In this document: positions 52,484 through 64,000 of the stretch, one piece after another | How the letters are laid out: each line of letters starts with the position of its first letter | Position numbering within the stretch: the first letter of the stretch is position 1 | Origin: Azolla caroliniana | Taxonomy: Eukaryota > Plantae > Polypodiophyta | DNA: 64,000 bases | NCBI GenBank assembly: GCA_043228905.1 | Contig: JBHGNT010000012.1 | Location: 558,001-622,000 of the forward strand | Direction: 5' to 3' | The notes under the pieces: model-generated | Databases searched by the model: none | What the model saw: only the letters and a program-made list of their open reading frames with translations | Told to the model about the DNA's origin: nothing | Made by a program: the position numbers and the translations under genes

Positions 52484-53361
52484 TTAAGGACAGGATAGCA
52501 TGCATCTTTGATCAAGGGGCTCTTGGTAGTAAAAGGCAAAACACCCAGAAGAATCCGGTCCAGTGTAGATAGCCAAGGATTCTGCAACTCCAGAGCCTGT
52601 ATCATCCCACACTTTGATGAGAGTTTTTCCAGTCACATAAGTAACAAGGTCCTTCCTTACAGCAACCATGCCTCGGACATCATCACTGGATGGAGGTCTG
52701 TAATCCGTCTTTAAAACCATAGATTTTTCCCCAAACAAAGACTTATTAGCTCTTCGGTCCGCTAAGGTATCGATCTTGAAGAAGCATGGTGACAAGCACA
52801 CGAATCCCCGGGGGATCCGATTCGCCTTGACACACCAACAACTGTGGTCATTCCCATAAACAACATTTCCGCCGCTGTCCTTCCAAATGAGCTCCCACCA
52901 TTCCTTACCAGCCCCGATGGGCCGTGTATAGGCCTTAGCATCTTTAATATTCGCAAACTTTAGGGTTTCTACCATCTGTGATTCATTCGATGGGCCAGAT
53001 TCTGGTCGTTGCCCAAGCAAACCGGCCTCGGGACGTCGGTAATCCTGCGAGCCATTATACCCAATCGGTTGCAAGTAAAAGGAGACATGCGTGTTTGCTC
53101 GCTCCAACGAGCCCAATGTAGTGTATCGACATTGTGCTGCCTGTTTATCAATCGTCCCCACTGCATTTTTTATTGATCTGGACTATTTAGTTTATGATCA
53201 TAAATTTGAAGCATATTATAAAATTCCATCATGATCATAACACACATCATACATAACCCTTGAAATTTTGGTTACAGAAATTTAATCTTGAATTAGCCAC
53301 TCTCTTTATAAGAAATGTGTAACTATCTAGAAGTCAATGTGTAAAGTGTTACTAATCGGAA

Positions 53362-53407
<46 letters not shown>

Positions 53408-54055
53408 AGAGCTGCTGGGGGGAGCATGAGACCCACGAATTGGCTGTTGTGACCGAGGCGATGGCCGCTGTGACAGAAGCGTTGGGCGTAGTGACTTTGG
53501 CAGGGAGCGTACGATTGTCCGGGCAATCCTTGCAATGCTCGATGGTTGTATGTTGTTGGGGACGAGGATCTTCCAGCTCCTCTTCCTCATTTCCACAACA
53601 TGTTGGGCCCATTTTTGGATGTCGACATCGACATCTCCTCCTCCGACAAACGAGCGCCATGTGGATCCCCACATGTCAAGGACCGCACTCTCGCTTGTCA
53701 GGCGCTCGTCTATCCCCTGCATAATATCGTAGAAGATCGGGCGCAGACTGATGGTACTGGTGTTCTGGCTTCTCTCCACCAGCCCTTGGAGCTCTCGCAT
53801 GGCCCGGTGCGACGTCAAGAAGATCGGCGAAATGAGGAGCACTCCGACCCTGCAAGAGTCGAGAGCCGCCTTCCAAACTGCTTCCCCCACCGGATCTGTG
53901 GCCACGGAATGATCGTAGAATATGGCGCATGTCGGGCGGTCGTGCAATATACTTAGGAGCTGGTTGTAGAGATCTCTGGCAAGTTGTACGTCATGGCCAT
54001 CGCCCGAATGGCTAAGATATATTTGGCAGTTATGGCCATGATGATTGGCATTCAT
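52484..54055 (-). CDS. Gene C2: divergent TIR + linker + Vps62/beta-tripod-like domain; exons 54055-53407 and 53160-52484; 441 aa; intact
   Basis: TIR IYLSHSG..SCRVGVLLISP..HRAMREL; donor CTG|GTATAT at 53407/53406; acceptor TGCAG|TG at 53161/53160; phase-1 join is in frame (SSS-V-GTIDK). Confidence 0.82.
53364..53405. repeat. (AT)n microsatellite at the 5' end of the C2 intron
   Basis: About 21 TA units directly after the GT donor. Confidence 0.95.
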
Positions 54056-54144
54056 GATGAAGAGAGAATGAGATATGATGATGATGGGAGGCAAGGCGGA
54101 AATGTCAGAAGTTATGTTGGAAGGACGTAGTAGAAGGTAGTGTT

Positions 54145-54330
54145 GCATTATTTATATATTGGAGCCCTCAACACATGAACAAGTTGACCAAGTCCCTAAG
54201 AGAACAGAAATAAATGGCAATAAAGTCTGTGGACAGGACAAGATATCACATACAGACCTTTTCCTTTATCCTCATTCATACTTGGCTTTAATAAAGAGTG
54301 GACAAGGAGATACATATGCCCTTTGACTTT
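54145..54330 (-). promoter_or_regulatory. C2 promoter: TATA box and W-boxes
   Basis: aatatataaataa on the minus strand at ~54148-54160; TTGACC 54184-54189; TTGACT ~54323; same layout upstream of remnant D. Confidence 0.5.
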
Positions 54331-55041
54331 ACAAAATGGTTAAATTTCTTTATGCACACACTATGGTAGCATTGAACCGAGGCCTGGAAAGTGCTCTCCA
54401 CACAACAGAGTTTGGAAGTACAACTTGTCAAACATTACAAAGCAATGATACATAAAACTCATTACTTTAGACAATCAACCTTTATTTCACAATCTTCACT
54501 ATTAAACCATCAATGTTTATTTTTAATGTAAGACACACAAGTCCATAACTAATAATGTTGTCTCTTATGTAAGACGATACTTTGAATGAAATGATGATCC
54601 TACACAAACGTGGATCGCTTAAAATTTTGACTTTCTTCATAGGCTCTTTTCATATAACATGCTTTTTTGCAACAATTAGACCTTTTCTTCCTTTCCGACC
54701 TTTTGGCCAAGACTCTCCTATGACTTTCACACAATGTACCAAGTGTTGTGTTTAGGATCATAACTCAATCCGTATCCAATTACATTATTGTTAAATGTGT
54801 AAAGGGAATGCTTCACCTACCGGTTGACGAAGATAACTTCATTGAATGATCTTGTCACATGATAATAGCCAAAGAATGTCGAACATTGGGAGAATGTGTG
54901 AGGTGTGCATTATATGGAGTTATGGTGTCTACAATGGTTGGCGTCACAACCCATTGTGATGCCATCCATTGTAGCAATATCAATGCAATTATATATAGGG
55001 GTGAGGTAGTACGAATACTTGTATTGTTATGCAAAGAATAT

Positions 55042-57178
55042 TCAAAAGAAGGTTTTTACGATCAGGAATTGTGCCCTTTTAGTCATAATAGTAGCAGTTG
55101 ACACAATGATAGATTGCAAATGTTGTTTAATTGCAATGCATAGTCCAGCCTGACGGTCAGTGGGGCCAAAAGCAGGAATCCAGAAGTGAGTCCACCGTCC
55201 TGGTAAAATAGATCCATACTTCCGAATTCTATCCATACATAAGTGACGCTCTTGTAAAAAAAGAATATCAATATTTCCTACATTAGCAGTACCTAAATTT
55301 GCGCGTAAGAGTCCTTTAAATCTACGAAAAGCCAGACCACCCAAGCCTTGCACATTCCAGGAAAGAAGATGTAAGGTCTCCATCTTACACAGATTTTATT
55401 GGTGTCCTTTTCTCAAGGAGAGCATCCTGGCGGCCTTTCTGGGCACCCTCCTGAGCTCTTGCTTGTTGTTTTAAAAGCAGATAATTCCCTACATGCTTAT
55501 GTACCCTATGATCCTTAACTTGCTTTTGAGGGGTCTGAAGTGTCAGGGTATCCTGTGAAACTGTAAATTGATATCCATCACAAGGGAGTTTATCTACTCC
55601 TTGAGCCATTTCAACCCCCATCATATTTGATTGACTAGAAATAGATTTTCCTACAAGCTTATCAAAGGGAACTGAACTACCAGAAACACCGATATCGATT
55701 TGTTGGTCGGCTTCGATTCCCATAACACTTGGAGGCATTTCCACATCTGTAATATCTTGAGCAGAGACAACTTTTTCTTTTAATTTTTTAGATGAATCCA
55801 AATTAACATTTGGTGTCAATTGCTGGTTCTCAACAATTTTCAATGGTGGTTGGCCTACTATTAACCTTGGGAAAGTCTCAGGCAACTTAGTAGAAAGCAA
55901 GTTTGTCTTTTGGGAAAAATGGGTTGATGGTTGATCTGACATATTCACTTCATGTGACCGATCCTCTTCTACTTGGAGAGTAGAATATCTATTCTATAAG
56001 GGGGGAAATTCCTTTAAATTATTGATTGAAACTTGATGAAGCTTGTCATAAGATAATTGTGAAGATACTTTCCTATGACCGACCTCAGTCCAACCCTTAG
56101 ATCTAGCCTGAGATGGGACTATAGTTGTATTGGGTACATGCTTATCTGTCTCTTTATTATATTTAGGGCAATTTGTTGCCAAATGACCAAATCCAAAACA
56201 CCGAAAACACTAATTTGGCAAATCCCTATACAAAATTCTCTAAGAATAAGATTCTTGTCTGGAGTCAAGCAGATTAGGCAATAAGATATTTGAGGGCAAA
56301 TTTGTGGACTTAGAAATCAAAAGTTTTGTTGATGTAGCTCCCATATATTTATCGTCATTCTGACGAGGTTTATCATAAGTTTCCAAGACTATCCCAATAG
56401 TACTGGCAATTAGATGCACAAATGGCACCCACTCTTTACGTAGATAGGGAAACACTACCACACATGTATGATATGAATCTAAATCATGAAGTACCTGATT
56501 TGCGGAGAAGTTGTGAGTCCATTTGTGGAAGAATACCCATCCTCCCTTGATTGCCACTGTTTTCTTCTCTAGCAAGATTGGTACCATCCGTTCAAGCTCG
56601 AACTCCACTTGATAATAGTTCCGACCAAGCATTTGAATATCTGTGATGTTGTCAATATCTTGCTTTAAAGAAGCTTGTAATAACAAACGAAGATCAACAT
56701 GCCGAGGACGAATGCCCAAAACTTGCGCAATGATAATCCTCTTCTCTAGACGTTGAATCTCTCTTACAATCTGTGCTCTATCTTGTTCTGACAACAGAAG
56801 CTCTACTACGTTGTCCGAAATAGGTGTAATATCCGAGTTAGCTACATGGGAGCCCCGGTTAGGCTGTTCATGACAACGCAACAATTGCTCCTGGTTCTCC
56901 GTTGCATTGAAGACGACCGGGTTTATGGAGGAGGTTGAGAGGTTGGCCGCAGCAATTGGATTGGTTGTAGCAGGTAAGTTGAAGGGGACAAACTGCTTTT
57001 CCGCATCTACTTTGGTATAAATGGAAGCCCCTACAGATCCCTGTAGATGATTTAACCAATCATCGGCTACTGTAGGCTGAGCGGCGCTAGGTTGGGTGGC
57101 GGCAGGCTGGGCGTTGGCGGCGGCGGCGGCGGCAAGTTGGGTGGCGGCAGGTTGAGTGGTGGAAGGCTGAGCAGCGTT
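55042..57178 (-). mobile_element. L1-clade LINE, inverted 5' part: ORF1 (RRM/DUF4283-like, CCHC knuckle) and start of ORF2 endonuclease
   Basis: ORF1 pieces 56240-56884 and 55385-55948; CFRCFGFGHLATNC near 56168-56210; APE start LLSWNVQGLG..DILFLQE at 55383. Confidence 0.85.
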
Positions 57179-59304
57179 TCGCAGATTGTTGGTTGGTAGG
57201 AGGCGACTTTAATATGATTGAGGATGCTGCTGACAGGCTAGGAGGTATAACTACTACAATTTCAGGATGAGAAGCTAAGTGTTGGGATTACTTTTGTTTT
57301 ACTTATGGCTTACTGGATTGCAAGTTGGGTGGCGGCAGGTTGAGTGGTGGAAGGCTGAGCAGCGTTTAGCGGATTGTTGGTTGGTAGGAGGCGACTTTAA
57401 TATGATTGAGGATGCTGCTGACAGGCTAGGAGGTATAACTACTACAATTTCAGGATGAGAAGCTAAGTGTTGGGATTACTTTTGTTTTACTTATGGGTTG
57501 CTGGATTTATGGAAGCTGCATTCATTTTCACGTATACAAGGATCCCTTCAGTTTTCTAGATCAGATGGAAGCTTGGTTACTACAAATTTGTCTCGACTAG
57601 ATAGATTTTATGCTAGTAGCATTGTTTGGGAAGCAGGTGGATCCATAGGAATTATTCCAGGATGACCTATCTCTGACCACAATTGCGTATCCCTCCTGCA
57701 ATTTTATCTAAGGATAATCATCGGATGTCAATCCTACAAATATGGTCAAAATACAATTTCTCAGATGACTATTTGCTTAGCAATATGACTCATGCCATAC
57801 TCGATACAAAGATTCTATTCAAAGAAAGAGTTTCAGCATCTGTTTATCATTGCAATTCAGAGATTGCTAACTTGCGTCGTGCTTTGGCAGCATTACAACA
57901 ACTTTTGGAAAGATATCCAACTTCATCTATATTATGTTGTGATTTGCAACAAGTAAAAAGCAGTCTAAAGGAAAAACAGGAAGCACGCTCAAGTTTCTTT
58001 TACCATCGTAATGTTGCTTGTTGGTCTCAAAGGCAAGATCGGGTCAATAAGGAATTTAAACGAAAAGCTAGACCTCTTTCTATTACTTCTTTGAAGCGGC
58101 TTGATGGATCCTATACATCAGATGGCTTTGAGATGCGAAGTATAGTCTCGGATTATTATCATAACTTATTGTCGACTGAATCTTTTACGACAGATAATTT
58201 TTATAAGCAACAAGTTGTTCTTGCAACTATTGAACAGAAGGTTACAGATGTAATGGCCTCTCAGTTATTACAACCGTTTACATCTCAAGAGGTATTTGTT
58301 GCGGCTAAATCCTTAGGTAAGGATGTTTGTCCCGGAAAAGATGCAATAGGAATTGGCTTTTATTTGTATTTTTGGGATTTTATTGGTTCTCTCATTACTA
58401 GAGCAGTTAATTTAATATTCTCAACGAGTAATATGCCTGAGGAATGGACAGAAGGAATCATATATATGATTCCTAAATCGGATGCTCAATGTGATGAAGT
58501 CTCCAAGTGTCTGCCAATAACATTGCTTAATGTTGTGTATAAGATAGTGGGAAAAACTATTGTAGTTAGACTACGACCTGTATTGCCGTCTATTATTCAT
58601 GATACACAATGTGGCTTCCTACAAGATAGAAGTATTTTTTATAATATCTTTTTGTTCTGGGAAATGGTTGCATTAGCTCAGCAACATAAACAACAACTTG
58701 CAGTATTATTGCTTGACTTTGAAAAAGCATATGATAAAGTTGATTGGGACTTTCTTGAGGCAGTGCTATCAAGATTAGGTTTTCCAGCCGTAGGGATAAA
58801 AGGTGTTTCATCCCTTTACAGGCATGCTTCTAGTTCTGTTTTGTTTGCTGGAGAATACGGGACACTATTTCCTATATCCAAGTCTATTAGGCAAGGATGC
58901 CCTCTTGCCCCATTTCTTTTTATCTTGTTTGGGGAAGCTTTGTCCTCCTACCTAAGATCATCAACTACTGGTATCAAAGGATTAGTATTACCTATTACAC
59001 AATCCACTGTACCGGATGTTGAATTTGCAAATGATACATCCCTCTATATTGTCAAGGAGATCAATAATCTCGGCCGGGTACAAAATGCTTTGCAAGTTTT
59101 CTCAGATGCTATAGGTGCATCACTTAACTGGAATAAGTCAGTTGGCCTTTGGGTTGGTGCAGAAAATCATCCTGAGTGGTATCCAGGTCATGCTTTCCGA
59201 TGGCTTCATCGTGGTGAGCCAGTTCGATATTTATGATGTATGGTCGGAATAGATTTAAGTCCAGAAGTAATGCTATCTCTGTTGCTATTATCAATCAAAC
59301 ATAA
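57179..59304 (+). mobile_element. L1-clade LINE, forward part: rest of endonuclease and RT; 3'-truncated
   Basis: WLVGGDFNM, SRLDRFY, PITLLN, QCGF, LDFEKAYDKVDW, RQGCPLAP, FANDT. Confidence 0.88.
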
Positions 59305-62300
59305 ATTTGCTCAAGCTCATAAGATATCCCTAAGAAAACTCCAGTGTCCAGTCTCTGTAGTAGTCATTGATGCACGTCCCATTGCTTCCGGAAATATCAT
59401 AGAAGTGTCAGAGCCCATTAATATTGTCCTAGATAACTTAGCATGTGTAGTATCATTTAATATTATTAGTATCCCAGAACATCCTATAGTTTTAGGATTA
59501 CCGTGGTTCGAGTTACATAACCCAGACATAGATTGGAGAACAAGAGAAATACGGTGTCGACAAACCCAAGGGTCAACTCAGAAGATGGCAACCATTTCGC
59601 TACGTCAGTTTGCGTAAAGAAGGGCACAAGGAGGAAATGTTCCTCTTTGCAATATCAGTAAACCCCTCCAACACCACTAAAGAAGAATCCATCGTTCAAC
59701 TTCCCAAGAAGTATCGTCATTACGCCGATGTGTTCGATAAAGTACAAGCCAACACACTTCCTCATCATCGACCGTACGATTGCCCCATCGATTTACAACC
59801 TGGAAAAGAGCCGCCATGGGGACCGATCTACAATTTGTCACCAACCGAGCTGGAAGTCCTTCAAGCCTATATAGAGGAGAATTTGGAAAATGGTTTCATT
59901 CGGCATTCGAAATCTCCAGCCGGCGCGCCCATTTTCTTCGTCAACAAAAATGATGGATCGCTTCGTCTCGTTGTAGATTATGGTGGCTTGAATAAGGTTA
60001 CAATTAGGAATAGGTATGCTCTTCCTCTTATCTCAAGTCTTTTAGAACGGATCAATGGTGCCAGGTTCTTCACGAAGATTGACTTACGGGGAGCATATAA
60101 CCTTGTACGGATCTGACCAGGAGACGAATGGAAGACCGCGTTTTGCGCTAGATATGGGCACTTCGAGTATACAATCATGTCGTTCGGCCTCACTAATGCG
60201 ACGGCAGTCTTCCAGCACATGGCTAATGATATATTCCGAGATCTATTGGATGATTGTTTGATCATCTATTTGGATGATCTACTGGTTTATTCAAAGACCC
60301 AAGAAGAACATGATTCTCATGTACTATTAGTACTAAAACAACTTCGAGAACATGGTCTGTATGCAAAGCTGGAAAAATGTAGTTTCGGGTGCAACCAAGT
60401 GGAATTTCTCGGCTACATCATTTCGTCAGAAGGCATCTCCATGGACTCAGCTAAGGTCAAAATGGTGGTAGAATGGCAGACTCCGCGTTCGGTGTGGGAT
60501 GTGCAATGTTTCCTAGGTTTTGCCAATTTTTACCAGAAGTTCATACAAGATTACTCAAAGATCGTTCTACCTCTCACATAACTTACCAGGAAGGGACAAC
60601 CGTTCATCTGGTCTGAAGAAACAGACATGGCTTTCGAGAGTCTTAAAAAGGCATTTACATCGGCTCCAATTCTAGCTCATGTCGATCCAGAAAAACCATT
60701 CATTATCGAAGCTGACGCATCGGATTTTGCATTAGGGAGCATTTTGTCACAACAGGGGAATGATGAGAAGCTACATCCTGTGGCTTTTCACTCACGCAAG
60801 TTTGACGCTGCCAAAATCAACTACGAAATTCATGAGAAGGAGCTATTAGCAATAGTGGATTCTTTTATGTAATGGAGGCATTTTCTGGAGGGATCCTCTC
60901 ATCCAGTCACCGTATTTAGTGACCATAAGAATGTTGCCTACTTTCAGGATGTTCGTGTGTTGAATCGACGTCAAGCTCGGTGGGCCCACTTCCTCACGCG
61001 TTTCGAATTCAAAATTACATATCGTCCGGGGAAGCACCAAGGGAAGGCAGATGCATTATCACAATGTTCGTATCTAGCACCCCATCCCGGCGAGCCAGCT
61101 TTCGATAACCAAAAACAAGTCATCTTGGGATCGGCACAACTACAAGCAACACAGATCTTTGACATGCCCATGGATTCCCGCGTTATCGATACCATACGTG
61201 AAAACTTGAAGATAGATGTGTTCGCCCAAGCTATACTAGCACAAATTGATCCCTCTCGAGCATCGTATTCACAGTCGCAACCACCAGGTACGGACTATCG
61301 GCAATTCAAATACCATGATGGATTACTCTTCTTTAAAGAACTTTTGTATGTTCCTAATGGTTCTTGCCGCCTTTGAGTAGTACAAAACTGTCATGACACA
61401 GATACAGCTGGGCATTTTGGTAGTACTAAAACATTACATTTAGTACAACGATCATTCTGGTGGCCCTGTATGCGACAATTTGTCAAGGATTTTGTTCGAA
61501 CTTGTGATACATGTTGCAGAGCAAAAATGCCAAGGCATCATCCATATGGTTTATTAGAACCATTACCAATTCCAAGCAAGCCATGGCAATCCATTGCTCT
61601 AGACTTCATCACAGATCTTCCAGTCTCTAAGGGGTTCAATGCGATTCTAACGTTGGTCGATCGATATACGAAGATGGCTCATTTCTTGCCATGTACTAAG
61701 GAGATCTCCAGTGAAGACACTGCCGAAATTGTCATGCGTGAAGTATGTCGGCATCATGGACTTCCCAATAGTATCATCAGCGACCGTGGACCCCAATTCG
61801 TGTCAAAATTCTGGAAGCACCTTTTTAACATGCTCAAGGTCACTTGTAACCTCTCCTCCGGGTACCATCCACAAAATGACGGCCAAGCTGAACGAACAAA
61901 TCAAACGATAGAGTAGTATCTACGGTGCTTTCTCAGCTATCATTAGGATGACTGGGCAGATATTCTCCACTTCGCCGAATTTTCCTATAACAACTCTATC
62001 CACGCATCCACTAAAGTTACGCCATTTTATGCTTATACGGGATGTCACCCCCGGTGGAGTGTACTTGAAACCCCATAGGTGTCCACAAATCCGTGCGCGG
62101 AGGATCGTTTGGAGCGGTTACGCAAGATACAAGTGGATTTATCTACTCATCTCCAGCAAGCTCAACAAACACACAAGGTCTACGCGGATCGTCATCGACT
62201 TCCATCCAGTTTTAATATTGGAGATCGGGTGTGGCTGCTACGACGACACATCAAGACTACTCGCCCATGTGAGAAGTTGGTTTATCGACGATTAGGTCCT

Positions 62301-63170
62301 TTCCGTATTATTGGACAACTTAATGATGTCACTTTTCATCTCGATCTACCTCCTCAACTTCGGATACATCCAGTGTTTCATAGTTCTCTCCTCGAACCCT
62401 ACCACGAGAGCACCATCCCAGGACGTCTTATCCAACCTCCACCCCCGATCGAGCTTGAAGATGGGCCGGAGTACGAGGTTGCCGCCATCCTTGACTCCAA
62501 GATTGTTCGCAACAAGCTCTACTATCTAGTCGATTGACTCCAAGATTGTTCGCAACAAGCTCTACTATCTAGTCGATTGGCTAGGCTATAGTCCCAACGA
62601 ACGTACTTGGGAACCGATCGAGAATGTGACCAATGCTCGTGCTCTTCTTGAAGACTTCCATCGTCAATATCCACACAAACCGGGTCCTCAATCCAAGACG
62701 ACTTGTGACACTTGTCGTTTTAAAGGGAGGATAGTGTCATGATATGGCAAGACTCGAACCCATGACCTTAGGTTATATGGGTCGAGCTCTTGACCATTAG
62801 ATCATCTATTGTAATACGTAAAATATTATTTTCATTTACATTTTATTACAGGAAATTAGTGTATATTCCAGATTTCTCTGGAATATTCTAGAAGCTTCAG
62901 GATTACTCCTGAAAACACTATAAAAGAGGGCACTAGGCATTATGTTGAACCAAATTGGTTCAATGCTAGTCTTAAGCCTTTTAGCCACCATTGTATATTC
63001 TCTTCACATAATACATATCTTTCTTATCATCACTCTCTCCCTTTCTCGATCTCTCTCTTTCTCTCCATCTCGCTCACTTCTTCTTTCTCTCAAAGAAGTT
63101 CTACAGCTCTCATAGTACTAATCCTTCGTTTAGTACTAATTCCTTCTCTGTCTTAGTACTGTTCCTGACA
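59305..63170 (+). mobile_element. Ty3/Gypsy chromovirus, 5'-truncated (protease end, RT, RNase H, integrase, chromodomain, 3' LTR 62735-63170)
   Basis: [75 protein letters not shown]; PPT aagggaggatag; LTR TGTCA..TGACA; many stops. Confidence 0.93.
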
Positions 63171-63323
63171 CATACACGCTAAAAATTGTAGAAATTTAAT
63201 CTTGAATTAGCCACTCTCTTTATAAGAAATGGTGTGTGTAACATATGCAAGTCAACACTCATGACCCACCGAATGGCTAAGATATATTTCGCACTCATGG
63301 CCTTCGTGATGATTGGCATTCAT
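63171..63323 (-). pseudogene. Gene D remnant: first ~21 TIR codons plus part of a C-type intron
   Basis: ATG at 63323: MNANHHEGHECEIYLSHSVGHEC*. 63189-63230 matches C2 intron 53276-53316. Upstream 63330-63720 matches the C2 promoter. Confidence 0.75.
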
Positions 63324-64000
63324 GACGAGAGGAGGTAAGGCAAAGGTAGAAATTGTGTTAAGAACGTTGTAGTAGGTAGTGTGCATTATTTATATATTGG
63401 AGGAAACACATGAACAAGTTGACCAAGTCTCTAAGAGAACAACCTATGAATGTGTGGATAGGACAAGCTATCACATGGCTTTTTCTATTCTGCATTGACA
63501 TTTCTTTTCATTAAGGGTGGACAATGGCATGTGCCCTTGACTTGAGAAAATGGGCAAATATTTTTTTTAAAAACACTCCAACATATTTCCAAAGAATGTC
63601 ATTATGCACACTATGGTAGCATTGAAGTGGAGATATTGTGCACCCAATGGAATTTATGACCTAAACATTATTAAGCAATTACACATTAAACTCAATACTT
63701 TAGACACTCAACCTTTATGTGGGATGAAAGTGACAAATTTAACTTATACACCATCACAAATCAACAACTCATAATGCTCCAAAGGCTATGACAGTCATCA
63801 ACATGCATCTAATTTCTGTCTCCCCTTTTCAGCAACCTCTCAAAGACTCTTATGGAAATATTATCACCCCTAGTCCTTGCCCTGACCATCTCTTTTGTAT
63901 ATAACACTCTTTGATGGTACATTTTGTAGCCTTTCGGCGTTTTTCTTAATTTACTAATGAAGGAAATCTTTTGAGAAAAAAAAAATCAACATCTAATAAT

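Noticed and set aside
62741-62806. Functional tRNA gene
   Set aside because: Acceptor and anticodon stems do not pair well; kept only as a tRNA-like finding.

Overview
Plant nuclear DNA (GT-AG introns, Copia/Gypsy/LINE elements). The TIR and repeat style suggests a fern or other non-seed plant, but that is inference. The host content is a minus-strand tandem cluster of two-exon genes with an unusual architecture: exon 1 encodes a TIR domain plus a Pro-rich linker, and exon 2 encodes a ~230-aa domain with repeated W-[TD]-D-x-G-S-G motifs (Vps62/DUF946, beta-tripod-like). No NB-ARC or LRR is present. An A-B-C block was duplicated, and reciprocal losses left exactly one intact copy of each paralog: A1 1952-3407, B2 48609-50167 and C2 52484-54055. 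B1, C1, A2 and a remnant D are pseudogenes. The second block is expanded by a 21.5-kb Sola2-like DNA transposon (27-bp TIRs, ACAT TSD) carrying two nested Copia elements, and by a triple-nested Copia stack. A 5'-inverted LINE and a truncated chromoviral Gypsy lie between C2 and remnant D. All calls come from reading the sequence; no database searches were run.
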